From Candidatus Dadabacteria bacterium (GTDB lineage: Bacteria > Desulfobacterota_D > UBA1144 > Nemesobacterales > CSP1-2), in contig PSLL01000027.1 of assembly GCA_040289575.1 (NCBI GenBank), positions 1-12,909 of the forward strand: a DNA stretch of 12,909 bases. The letters run 5' to 3'. Positions 1 to 8,996 of this stretch are shown piece after piece (position 1 is the stretch's first letter; each line of letters opens with the position of its first letter). A program made the translations under genes and the position numbers. The notes under the pieces were generated by a model. The model was not told where the DNA came from and made no database searches. It worked only from the letters and a program-made list of their open reading frames with translations.

Positions 1-1
1 G

Positions 2-118
2 GTTCTGCCATACCCCACTCGTTCCGCTCTCATCGCGCTAGGACGGCATATCGGATCTGCGTTTCCCAGTCAAGAGGAGCTTGATCGCCTCGTCGATGAG
101 GTGCTCTTCAATGGCTAA
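2..118 (+). CDS. C-terminus of a DNA methyltransferase of a BsuBI/PstI-type type II R-M system (5' part outside window)
   Basis: Frame 2 is open from the window edge: VLPYPTRSALIALGRHIGSAFPSQEELDRLVDEVLFNG* (TAA 116-118). It resembles the '..YPSR..LI.LG......SQE.ID..V' tails of these MTases and overlaps the REase start (ATGGCTAA, 111-118). Confidence 0.75.
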   Translation, partial: VLPYPTRSALIALGRHIGSAFPSQEELDRLVDEVLFNG

Positions 119-1083
119 GAAACCTGCAAGCAAGCGTGGGGCGGCCGCAAAGCGCCTCCACGAGGCCCTCGAAATACTCGAAGGGTTAAAGGTACCGAAA
201 GAACAGCAGAACGAGCGGTCGGCCCTCGTTCTGCTCGCCCTTCTCGGCATGACCCCTCACAAGTCATGGCCGGCTGCCACGGATCCGATGCTTGGCATCA
301 CCGAGATGATGAATGTGTTTCGCGACCAGTTCGGCAAGGAGTATGCACCGAACACGCGAGAAACTGTGCGGCGTTTTACCGTCCATCAGTTCGTCCAAAT
401 GGGCTTGGTTGTGGCGAATCCTGACGATCCACATCGTCCGGTGAATAGTCCCGCCAATCGCTACCAGATCGCTCCGGCCCTCTTGAAGCTGGCCCGCACG
501 TTCGGATCACCCGCTTGGTCGGAGTCCTTGGCCACGTATGTGGCTACGGCCGGCGCTCTTGGACGACTCCAGCCTCGCGAGCGTGATATGGCGATGGTTC
601 CGGTAAAGCTACCAAGCGGAAAGAAGGTCCCGCTGACGGCTGGTGGGCAGAACGAGCTTGTCAAGAAGATCATTGAGGAGTTTTGCCCTCGTTTCACCCC
701 CTGGGGGCATTGTCGTCTACTTGGGTGACACCGGTCAGAAGCAGCGACACGTCGAAGCTGGCTACTTGGAGGGCCTTGGCGTAGAGATCGACGAGCACGG
801 AAAGATGCCCGACGTACTCGTTCACCTGCCTGACAAAGACTGGCTCGTGTTGATCGAAGCCGTGACCAGTCACGGCCCCATCGGCATCAAGAGGCACAAC
901 GAGCTCAAGGCCCTTTTCGGCTCTGCTCGGTCCGGCCTCGTTTTCGTAACTGCCTTTCTCACGCGCCGAGCCATGACGAAGTATTTGAATGAGATCGCAT
1001 GGGAAACCGAAGTGTGGATCGCCGAGGCGCCTTCGCACATCATCCATTTCAACGGAGAACGCTTCCTTGGACCATACGAATAG
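111..1083 (+). pseudogene. BsuBI/PstI-family type II restriction endonuclease, split by a +1 frameshift
   Basis: N-half (ATG 111 after GAGGTG) has QQNERSALVLLALL, YAPNTRETVRRFTVHQF, NPDDPHRPVNSP and GGQNELVKKIIEEFCPRF. C-half has YLGDTG, HGKMPDV, WLVLIEAVTSHGP, AWETEVW and HFNGERFLGPY. Deleting one C from the C5 run at 697-701 joins them as PRFTPGGIVVYLGDTG. A sequencing error is possible. Confidence 0.9.
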
Positions 1084-1108
1084 CGGGCTTGCCCAGTGGC
1101 CCGCTAAC
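1081..1108 (+). repeat. 8-bp hairpin plus a probable orphan attC R'' box (CGCTAAC)
   Basis: TAGCGGGC (1081-1088) pairs with GCCCGCTA (1099-1106). CGCTAAC (1102-1108) lies just after the REase stop and immediately before a truncated gene; no L boxes follow. Confidence 0.45.
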
Positions 1109-1111
1109 CGG

Positions 1112-1631
<520 letters not shown>

Positions 1632-1632
1632 G

Positions 1633-2154
1633 GACTTGTGCGGTATCCCGATTGACTACCAGCATCTCGACTTCGTGAAAGAAATTCACCGCCTCACAGA
1701 CGAGGGCGTAGACTTTGTCTTTGACGGCATCGGTGGTACCCATATCTGGCGTTCCCGCAAGGCTCTCCGTCCTGGCGGGAGGGTCGTGGCCTATGGCCTT
1801 ACTTCCTTGCTACGTGGGGGACGATTGGCTTTAGGTCGTTCAGGTCGTCGTCATCGCTTTCATGGAATCGCCATCTTCGGGTTATACATTGCTGGCGGCT
1901 GGCTTCTCCCGGGCCGGAGGCAGGTGGTCCCCTACAGTATCCAGTGGCTCAAACGGCTGAGACCGGCGTTGTTTCGACAGGACTTGATCACCCTGTTCGA
2001 CCTCCTTCAACAGCAGAAGATCAAGCCGCTAATCGCGCGACGATTTCCTCTTGCCGAGGCAAGACACGCGCATGGGTTGCTCGGGAAGGGAGGCGTGACA
2101 GGTAAGATCGTCCTCGTGCGCAACAGGTCATCGCTTGAATCAGGTGTGCCTTAA
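1633..2154 (+). pseudogene. Medium-chain dehydrogenase/reductase (quinone oxidoreductase-like, ADH_zinc_N_2), C-terminal half only
   Basis: Contains PIDYQ..DFV, GVDFVFDGIGG, ALRPGGRVVAYG, IKPLIARRFPLAEARHAH and GKIVL. The GroES-like domain and the NAD(P)-binding glycine motif are absent, and the fragment begins directly at the broken attC. Confidence 0.85.
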
Positions 2155-2208
2155 CAGCGGTATACAGCGGACGATGCTTCACGCAACCGCTGATGCCGAG
2201 CGTTAGAC
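2149..2208 (+). repeat. attC site, complete (60 bp)
   Basis: R'' CCTTAAC (2149-2155) contains the stop codon. CGGTAT[A]CAGCGG (2158-2170) pairs with CCGCTGATGCCG (2187-2198) with one extra base and one mismatch. R' is GTTAGAC (2202-2208). Confidence 0.9.
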
Positions 2209-2337
2209 GGCTTGCACATTAAGGGATATGATAATGACATGACAAAAACATGAATCGGCAAGCTACTGCCCAGCTAATTCATCCTCGATTCGCATGTTCC
2301 TATAATTGTTTAATTTTTCCTTAACTCACATTTAGCC

Positions 2338-3696
2338 TTAAATCCCTCCGACGAATCTGCCGGGGTTAAGGATGGAGTCCGGGTCAAAAAGGGCCTTCAA
2401 TTTTTTCATCACATTAATGGATGTCCCCAATTCGCCCCATATATCTGTATGAGATTTCAAAGAAAGAGGAGCCTCCTGGACAATCAGAGTGCCCTTTAGG
2501 GAAATGACCAAATCACGAATCGAATTGATCGTCTCAACTATCAGTAAAATTTCCTCCTGTGATAAGCTCATCGAATCCATTTCTATAGAAATAATTAAAA
2601 TCCCGCTCCCCGCTCTTGCAGATGCGTAAATCCTGAGTCCTGAGGTTTTGGATAGTTCCTCTAAGTTTTGAAGGACTCTCGAAACACCTGTAATAAGAAC
2701 GCTTGCCTTGCAAATTACCCTATTCTCTCCGCAAACTCTCCAGGGAAACTCCCTGATTTCATTCCAGAGGGTTTCCTCAGTTTTGCCTTCAAATGAAACC
2801 CCTTCTCCGTTTTTTCCTCTGCAAATATCCTTTACCTTGGTAATCTGATCCCTTACGGCCCTTTCTACGCTCTCTATTCTAACCGCAAGGGCATATTCAC
2901 CTCTTTTCAAATTTAGATTTAGTCTCTCGGATACGACATTTACAAGAAGAGGGTTTAAGACCTCGAGACAGCTTGGAACGAGGGAAGAGTTTGATATTAT
3001 AAGGACTGCTTCATGCAACGCCTCAAGGTCTGGAAATCTGATTAATAGAGTCTCAGAGGCTTCTGGAATTGGATAGAGGCGAAATGTCCCTTCAGCTACT
3101 ATCCCAAGCGTGCCGAGTGAGCCGATATACAGCTTCGGGATGTCATAGCCCGCAACGTTTTTAACCACCTTTGCCCCGCCCTTTATGATACTTCCATCCG
3201 GGCGAACCACCTTGATTCCTATGAGAGACTCCCTTATTGTGCCGTATCTGAGCCTTCTCGGACCGCTATCGTTTGTGGCAATTATCCCTCCCAGTGTCGC
3301 TCCGCTTTCTATGTGAGGCGGGTCAATGGCTAAAAATTGGTTTTTCTCACTAAGAGCCTTCTGAAAATTCCTCAGAGAGATTCCGCATTCCGCAATCCCC
3401 ACGAGGTCTGAGGGTTCATATTCAATGATTCGATTAAGGTGCCCTGTGCATATTACAACGTCTACCTTGTGCGGCTCTCTTCCGAAACCGATTTTTGTTC
3501 CTCCGCCCCAGGGAATGACTGACAGGGACCCGCGTGATGCCGCCCTCATAATTTGAGAGACTTCTTCTACAGTTTCGGGGAACGCCACAATGTCCGGTCT
3601 TTTGCCACCAACCGAATATTGCAAAAGTTCCGGCGATGAAAAGAGGGCGTTATTTTCACCTACGATGTTGATTATTTCTTTTATTGAGTCTTTCAT
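2338..3696 (-). CDS. glcE: FAD-binding oxidoreductase, glycolate oxidase subunit GlcE-like
   Basis: PWGGGTK, ATLGGIIATNDSGPRRLRYG, GAKVVKNVAGYD..KLYIGSLGTLG and LKALFDPDSILNPGRF motifs; directly downstream of glcD. Confidence 0.88.
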   Translation of the reverse strand: MKDSIKEIINIVGENNALFSSPELLQYSVGGKRPDIVAFPETVEEVSQIMRAASRGSLSVIPWGGGTKIGFGREPHKVDVVICTGHLNRIIEYEPSDLVGIAECGISLRNFQKALSEKNQFLAIDPPHIESGATLGGIIATNDSGPRRLRYGTIRESLIGIKVVRPDGSIIKGGAKVVKNVAGYDIPKLYIGSLGTLGIVAEGTFRLYPIPEASETLLIRFPDLEALHEAVLIISNSSLVPSCLEVLNPLLVNVVSERLNLNLKRGEYALAVRIESVERAVRDQITKVKDICRGKNGEGVSFEGKTEETLWNEIREFPWRVCGENRVICKASVLITGVSRVLQNLEELSKTSGLRIYASARAGSGILIISIEMDSMSLSQEEILLIVETINSIRDLVISLKGTLIVQEAPLSLKSHTDIWGELGTSINVMKKLKALFDPDSILNPGRFVGGI

Positions 3697-3704
3697 GTTT
3701 TTTC

Positions 3705-3782
3705 GTAATGGTAATTCATGAATTGCCCCTACATTTTGTTATTGTAGTGAAATCGTAGGGCTAATTTGTAAATTGCCCCTGC
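3705..3782. repeat. Two tandem degenerate 28-nt REP-like palindromes
   Basis: GTAATGGTAATTCATGAATTGCCCCTAC (3705-3732) and GTAGGGCTAATTTGTAAATTGCCCCTGC (3755-3782), 50 nt apart. Both are near the palindrome GTAGGGGCAATTCATGAATTGCCCCTAC. Confidence 0.75.
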
Positions 3783-3783
3783 A

Positions 3784-5271
3784 TCAAAACCTCTCTCCCA
3801 ACCCCGATCTTTCAATTGGATGTTCTCTATACAATGTCCTGCCTGCCTCTACACAAGAGCGCGGGGTGGGGAATAACTTCCCCGGATTGCAAAGCCCTTT
3901 GGAATCGAATACACATCGGATTAGATACATTGTGTCTAAATCCTGTTCGCTGAACATAAGGGGCATGAATTGTTTTTTATCATATCCTACGCCGTGCTCC
4001 CCTGTTATACTCCCTCCAGCATCAACGCAGACCCTTAGAATCTCGCCTGATAGTTCCTCTGCCTTCTCCAGCTCACCGGTTTTAGATACGTCGTAAAGAA
4101 TGAGTGGATGTAGATTTCCATCCCCTGCGTGAAAAACATTTGCTACGCGTAGTCCATACCTTATACTGAGTTTTTCAATCTCTCCGAGAACCTCGGCGAG
4201 TTTGGTTCTCGGGATGACGCCGTCTTGGACGTAGTAATCGGGACTTATATGCCCCATTGCCGCAAACGCGCTCTTTCTTCCTTTCCAAAAGAGCGCCCGC
4301 TCCTCAGCATCCCTTGCAATCCTTACCTCTTTTGCCCTATTTTCCCTGAGCACGTCTATTACAAGAGGCGTATGTGCCTCAACCTCAGCGATTGGACCGT
4401 CCAGTTCAACTAGGATTATAGCCCCTGCATCCTGTGGGTATCCCGGATGCACGGCCTCTTCTACGGCGCGTATGCTGAGATTATCCATAATCTCCAATCC
4501 TGCCGGGATGATTCCCCTTGCCGTAATCCCCGATACAGCGGCTCCCGCATCCTCAATCCTTTCAAACGCCCCAAGGATGGTTCTTATGGATTCGGGTTTT
4601 CTTATGATTCTTAGAGTCACTTTGGTTACAATTCCTAAGAGCCCCTCTGAGCCGACAAACAGCCCTACAATGTCGTATCCCGGATGGTCTAGGGTTTTTC
4701 CGCCAAATTCCACAATCTCTCCATCCGGGAGGACCGCTTCAAGTCCGAGAACGTGATTGGTTGTAACCCCGTATTTTAGGCAATGAACCCCACCAGAATT
4801 CTCGGCGACGTTTCCGCCTATGGTGCAGACAAGCTGACTCGAAGGGTCTGGGGCATAATAATATCCGCTTTCGCTTACCGCATTTGAGACCCAGAGATTT
4901 ACTACGCCCGGCTCTACGACCACGCGCTGATTCGGAATATCAATCTCCAATATTCGATTCATACGCGAAAGAGAGATTAAGATGCCGTCTTCCGCAGGAA
5001 GCGCTCCACCTGAAAGCCCTGTCCCAGCACCCCTCGGCACGAATGGAACATTTTCCCTGTTGCAGAGCTTAATGACATCCGAGACCTCTTTTGCCGACAT
5101 GGGAAGAACCACAAAGATCGGTTTTACTCTATATCCTGTAAGCCCATCGCACTCATAAGCAATAAGCTCTTCTGGAGATGTGATAACTCCGTCGGAGCCT
5201 AGAATTTGGAATAACTTATCGGCAAAATTCCTTTTCCAGTTTGATGATCTGGTTGGGGGATTATTGAGCAT
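3784..5271 (-). CDS. glcD: Glycolate oxidase subunit GlcD (FAD-linked oxidase)
   Basis: PRGAGTGLSGGA, YAPDPSSQLVCTIGGNVAENSGGVHCLKYGVT, GSEGLLG, NVFHAGDGNLHPLI, GSITGEHGVG and NPGK motifs. ATG 5271 is preferred over TTG 5283, which lies too close to the -10 box. Confidence 0.93.
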   Translation of the reverse strand: MLNNPPTRSSNWKRNFADKLFQILGSDGVITSPEELIAYECDGLTGYRVKPIFVVLPMSAKEVSDVIKLCNRENVPFVPRGAGTGLSGGALPAEDGILISLSRMNRILEIDIPNQRVVVEPGVVNLWVSNAVSESGYYYAPDPSSQLVCTIGGNVAENSGGVHCLKYGVTTNHVLGLEAVLPDGEIVEFGGKTLDHPGYDIVGLFVGSEGLLGIVTKVTLRIIRKPESIRTILGAFERIEDAGAAVSGITARGIIPAGLEIMDNLSIRAVEEAVHPGYPQDAGAIILVELDGPIAEVEAHTPLVIDVLRENRAKEVRIARDAEERALFWKGRKSAFAAMGHISPDYYVQDGVIPRTKLAEVLGEIEKLSIRYGLRVANVFHAGDGNLHPLILYDVSKTGELEKAEELSGEILRVCVDAGGSITGEHGVGYDKKQFMPLMFSEQDLDTMYLIRCVFDSKGLCNPGKLFPTPRSCVEAGRTLYREHPIERSGLGERF

Positions 5272-5286
5272 GGTCTTTAACAACCA

Positions 5287-5316
5287 ATTATATCACCTGT
5301 GAATATGTAGTCTCAA
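5287..5316 (-). promoter_or_regulatory. Putative sigma70 promoter of glcDE
   Basis: Minus strand: TTGAGA (5316-5311), 18-nt spacer ending in TGa, then TATAAT (5292-5287), i.e. an extended -10. Confidence 0.65.
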
Positions 5317-5472
5317 GTACTTATGCGGATTGTTTTTACAGCATAGGTTTAAGGAATTAGGGGCGCAAGATGATTGAAATGCGAAATGCACTATAATATC
5401 ACCGTTTGTGCACAATCAGTCGAATCGGTATAAGACTCCTAGAAGAAAACAGGAAGAAAATTCTAATACGCC

Positions 5473-6170
5473 TTACCGCTCCTTCCAGTGACCGGGAATC
5501 CAGACCCATTCATGTCCATTCCATCCCCATGGCTCGGGATCCAGACACTTGTCGTAGAAGGTGAGGTTCCATGCTCTTCTATGGAGGGTGGTGCCGGTGG
5601 CAAAGGTGGCCTCTTTACCTCTTCTGGATATTTAGTAACACTCCACTCTTGAGAAGGTTCAGATTCGGCCTGCATGGGCATACCCAACCTAATTAATGAC
5701 AAAATCCTGCCGTTGATTGCTCTGACTTCTACCCTGTATCCTGTTCTTATGTCGCTCAATTTATCCGGAGAGGCTGTAAATTCATATTTTATCTGTATGC
5801 TGTCGTCTTTTACTTTGAGTATTCTATCACCAACTAGAGTAACCTCGCCTATAACCTCGATTGGTGCAGCGGCTACCGTAGTAGTTAAATGCTTTGTTTT
5901 TTGCCTCACTTGTGCCTTTCCGGTCTTTGTAATAGAGCTTGCCCAGCCGCCCGCGACCTTCACAACAATGCTGTCGCCTAACTCTATTCCACTAAGCTGT
6001 CTATTCTTTGCCGCGACATTGAAAATCTCGCCATTAGGCTCTCTTAGGCTGAGGATACCGTTCTCGACCCCTTCTACTATGCCCGATATTGTGAATTCGT
6101 CTTGTGCAAAAGATGGGCTGGCAATTGCGATAAGACTCAGTATAGTAGCAAATGCTATTATCTTTCTCGT
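5473..6170 (-). pseudogene. Secreted protein: signal peptide, two beta-rich repeats, Pro-rich linker and WXXGXW (YXWGXW) repeat tail; ACG start and one frameshift
   Basis: AAGGAGG (6185-6179) lies 8 nt before ACG (6170), in frame with ORF 5463-5963, giving (M)RKIIAFATILSLIAIASPSFA-QDEF. Near 5529 one base is missing; the alternate frame gives VWIPSH/WGWNGHEWVWIPGHWKER* (TAA 5475-5473). Confidence 0.75.
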
Positions 6171-6361
6171 TTCCCTTGCCTCCTTTTTGTCCTAGTATAA
6201 TACATAATCTCAATTCAAAATGCCCTCTCTTTTTGGCATAGGGACTTGCGTTTATTTGATTTTCGGAAATAAAATGAGTTTTATAAGTCGGTGGGATTAA
6301 GATCGAATCAGTTTGTTCTAGAATTCATCTCAAAAATGGTAGAATTGAGTGTCCCCTCCTC

Positions 6362-6388
6362 TTGAAATCTCCGCATAAACAGTATAAT
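6362..6388 (+). promoter_or_regulatory. Possible promoter of purE-sua5 (leaderless or near-leaderless)
   Basis: TTGAAA (6362-6367) and TATAAT (6383-6388), with a short 15-nt spacer. The ATG is 8 nt downstream and there is no Shine-Dalgarno. Confidence 0.45.
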
Positions 6389-6396
6389 TTGATGTC

Positions 6397-6864
6397 ATGG
6401 CAAAGGTTGGAATAATAGTAGGAAGCGATTCGGATTTGGAGATCATGAATGAGGCGTGCAAGGCGCTTGAGGAGTTGGGAATAGAATATGAACTCCGCGT
6501 GGCTTCTGCGCACAGGACACCGAATAAAGTAAGGGAATATGTGGAGTCGGCAGAGGGCAGGGGGATTGAGGTGATAATCGCGGGCGCGGGATGGGCAGCG
6601 CATCTTCCCGGTGTAGTCGCCGCATACACGACAATTCCCATAATCGGGGTTCCTGTGGATTCCTCTCCGCTTAAAGGGATGGATGCCCTCCTCTCAATAG
6701 TTCAGATGCCTCCCGGGATTCCTGTGGCTTCTATGGCAATAGGAAAGGGTGGGGCGAGAAACGCAGGCCTGTATGCCGCTTCTATTCTTGGACTCAAATA
6801 CCCTGAGATAGCAGACAAGATTAAAGACTTCCGACAGAGGCTTGCAAAGAAGGTTGATAGATAA
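6397..6864 (+). CDS. purE: N5-carboxyaminoimidazole ribonucleotide mutase
   Basis: GSDSD, SAHRTP, IIAGAG.AAHLPG and G.DALLSIVQMPPGIPVA motifs. Confidence 0.97.
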   Translation: MAKVGIIVGSDSDLEIMNEACKALEELGIEYELRVASAHRTPNKVREYVESAEGRGIEVIIAGAGWAAHLPGVVAAYTTIPIIGVPVDSSPLKGMDALLSIVQMPPGIPVASMAIGKGGARNAGLYAASILGLKYPEIADKIKDFRQRLAKKVDR

Positions 6865-6877
6865 TCACGATACAATC

Positions 6878-7498
6878 TTGACGGAAGTAATCAAGGGGAA
6901 TAGTCCCGAATCAATTCAAAAAGCGGCGTCTATACTCAGAGAAGGCGGGGTTATTATATATCCTACAGAAACGCTTTACGGTATGGGTGTGCTTGCTATA
7001 AATGAAGGTTCTGTAAAAAAGATATTCAATATAAAAGAGAGATCATATGGAAAACCCATCCCAGTCCTGGTAAGGGATGTAGAGATGTTCTCTCGATTTG
7101 TCGAGGTTACCGACGAGGCCTCCAAACTTATTGAGGGATTCCTTCCGGGTCCGCTTACACTCGTGCTTATGCAAAAGAGGGATTTGCCCGATCTTATTTC
7201 GGCGGGAACTGGAAAGGTTGCAGTGAGAATATCAAATCATCCTTTTGTAAGGCGCTTATTTGAACTCATATCCGAACCTTTAACCTCAACAAGCGCGAAC
7301 ATAAGCGGAGAGGAGAATCTATTCAACTTCAATGAGATTTATGGGACATTTAAGGGTAAGGTTGACCTTATAGTGGATTCTGGTAACCTTTCCCCCTCAA
7401 AGGGCTCTACGGTGATTGATTTAACTGTTAAACCGCCTCGGATTGTGAGAGAGGGCGATATTAGCAGAGAGGCGTTAAGAGAGTTTGTAAGAGTTTAG
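6878..7498 (+). CDS. tsaC: L-threonylcarbamoyladenylate synthase (Sua5/YrdC/TsaC)
   Basis: YPTETLYG, K.R...KP, PGPLTLV, VAVRI, TSTSANISG and STVIDL motifs. The start is uncertain (TTG 6878, 6854 or 6842). Confidence 0.93.
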   Translation: MTEVIKGNSPESIQKAASILREGGVIIYPTETLYGMGVLAINEGSVKKIFNIKERSYGKPIPVLVRDVEMFSRFVEVTDEASKLIEGFLPGPLTLVLMQKRDLPDLISAGTGKVAVRISNHPFVRRLFELISEPLTSTSANISGEENLFNFNEIYGTFKGKVDLIVDSGNLSPSKGSTVIDLTVKPPRIVREGDISREALREFVRV

Positions 7499-7617
7499 CC
7501 ACGAATGAATACAAATACATATGAACAGAAGAATACAGAAAACGGTAGACAAAATACAGGGTATAGGATACATGACTTGAGGTTTTTCCCCTATATTCTG
7601 TGTTCATTCGTGGCTAA
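7495..7617. repeat. 123-bp MITE-like element with terminal inverted repeats and an internal heptamer array
   Basis: TTAGCCACGAATGAA (7495-7509) and TTCATTCGTGGCTAA (7603-7617) form a perfect 15-bp IR, 18/19 when extended. Internal units are AGAATAC AGAAAAC GGTAGAC AAAATAC AGGGTAT AGGATAC (7530-7571). Confidence 0.75.
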
Positions 7618-7635
7618 TAATAAGGAGTTTCTCAA

Positions 7636-8862
7636 ATGGTAACGATAGCCCCTTTTCGCGGGGTTCGTTATAATCCCGAAAGAGTCGGCATTCTTGATTC
7701 GGTTCTTGCTCCTCCCTACGATGTAATAAGTCCGCGGGAGCAAGACGAGCTTTATGAGAAGAGTCCTTATAATGTCATCCGCATTATACTCTCAAAGGTC
7801 GAGGGCGACGAGAAATACATTCAAGCCGCCGAGACCTTTAGGAGATGGATTCAAGAAGGGATACTTATTCAAGATAGCGAGCCGTGCATTTATCCCTACT
7901 ATCAGGAGTTTGAAGAAAATGGAAAAAAGATAACCCGCAAGGGATTTATATCGGCTGTGAGGCTTGAGGACTTTTCATCAAAAAGGATTCTTCCCCATGA
8001 GAGGACATTCTCCGGGCCGAAACTGGACAGGCTTAAACTCACATCTGCATGTAATGCGAATCTGAGTCCGATTTTTGCGATCTATTCAGACCCCGAAGGA
8101 AATCTGGAAAGGGCTATAGAAGAAAAACTCTCGAGGCCTATAGTTGATGCATTTGGTGGAGACGGCACAAGAAATAGGTTGTGGAGAATCTCCGATGGCG
8201 ATCTGATTTCAAAGATTAAAAGCGCAATGATAGACCGAAGCCTCTTGATTGCCGATGGACACCACCGGTATGAGACGGCTTTAGAATACAGGAATATTCA
8301 GAGAAAGAGATTCGGCACGGGTTCCAGAAATGAACCCTATGAATACGTAATGATTTATCTCTCCCGCGCGGAAGGCGAAGGACTGATAATTAAGCCTACT
8401 CATCGCGTGGTAAAGAATTTCGGCTCTATCGGGTTAGGAGAATTTATAGAGAGACTAAAGAGACGGTTTAATGTAGAGAGAATCCCCTCTAATGAAATAC
8501 CCGCACTCGGCCATCGGGAATTCGTCGTACTTATGAAAGACTCAATATTTAAAATCTCTCTAAAAGAGTCCTTAGGAAACCAATCTCCGTTTCATTACAA
8601 GGACCTTGCGGTGATTCTACTTCATAGCCTTGTGTTTGGCGAGATTATAGATGAAGAGGAATCCGGGATATTCTACACAAAATCTATTGAAGAGGTCTTT
8701 AGCCTCGTAAAAAGTGGGGAATATAAAATCGGTTTTATCCTTCCGCCACTAAAAGCGGTAGATGTGTTTGAAGTAGTACTATCGGGTGAAAAGATGCCCC
8801 ATAAGACGACATATTTCTATCCAAAGCTCCTTTCGGGGCTTGTTTTTCATCTGCTGGAATAA
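7636..8862 (+). CDS. DUF1015 family protein
   Basis: I.PFRGVRY, APPYDVIS, ILPHERT, IADGHHRYETA, PTHR and MPHKTTYFYPKLLSGL motifs; SD TAAGGAG at 7621-7627. Confidence 0.92.
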   Translation: MVTIAPFRGVRYNPERVGILDSVLAPPYDVISPREQDELYEKSPYNVIRIILSKVEGDEKYIQAAETFRRWIQEGILIQDSEPCIYPYYQEFEENGKKITRKGFISAVRLEDFSSKRILPHERTFSGPKLDRLKLTSACNANLSPIFAIYSDPEGNLERAIEEKLSRPIVDAFGGDGTRNRLWRISDGDLISKIKSAMIDRSLLIADGHHRYETALEYRNIQRKRFGTGSRNEPYEYVMIYLSRAEGEGLIIKPTHRVVKNFGSIGLGEFIERLKRRFNVERIPSNEIPALGHREFVVLMKDSIFKISLKESLGNQSPFHYKDLAVILLHSLVFGEIIDEEESGIFYTKSIEEVFSLVKSGEYKIGFILPPLKAVDVFEVVLSGEKMPHKTTYFYPKLLSGLVFHLLE

Positions 8863-8969
8863 GGAATGGTGTTTTTCTTTTTATTAGTGTGTCGTCGTGG
8901 TTTCAAATACCACAACGTGAGTTCGACCTAAAAAATCAATGATTTCAAGATGGATTTGGGATTATTTTT

Positions 8970-8996
8970 GTAGGGGCAATCCCCTGTGATTGCCCT
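8970..8996 (+). repeat. GTAG-type REP-like palindrome
   Basis: GTAG-GGGCAATC-CCCTGT-GATTGCCC-T: an 8-bp stem preceded by GTAG, sharing the GTAGGGGCAAT start with the 3705-3782 consensus. Confidence 0.65.

Noticed and set aside
989..1111. N-terminal extension of the 197-aa ORF as a real DHFR start
   Set aside because: It overlaps the REase 3' end in another frame and does not resemble the family N-terminus.
3705..3782. Mini-CRISPR interpretation of the two 28-nt repeats
   Set aside because: Only two divergent copies with a 22-nt gap and no cas genes; a REP-like palindrome fits better.
3773..5072. Plus-strand ORFs 3773-4096, 4225-4413, 4472-4756 and 4884-5072
   Set aside because: Antisense to the well-supported glcD.
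5674..6195. 173-aa plus-strand ORF
   Set aside because: Mirror of the minus-strand secreted-protein gene, which has the SD, signal peptide and repeat structure.
6233..6250. Sigma54-like TTGGCAT..TTGC motif
   Set aside because: The GG-to-GC spacing is 11 nt, not the required 10.
6325..6641. Three minus-strand ORFs over purE
   Set aside because: Antisense shadows of purE.
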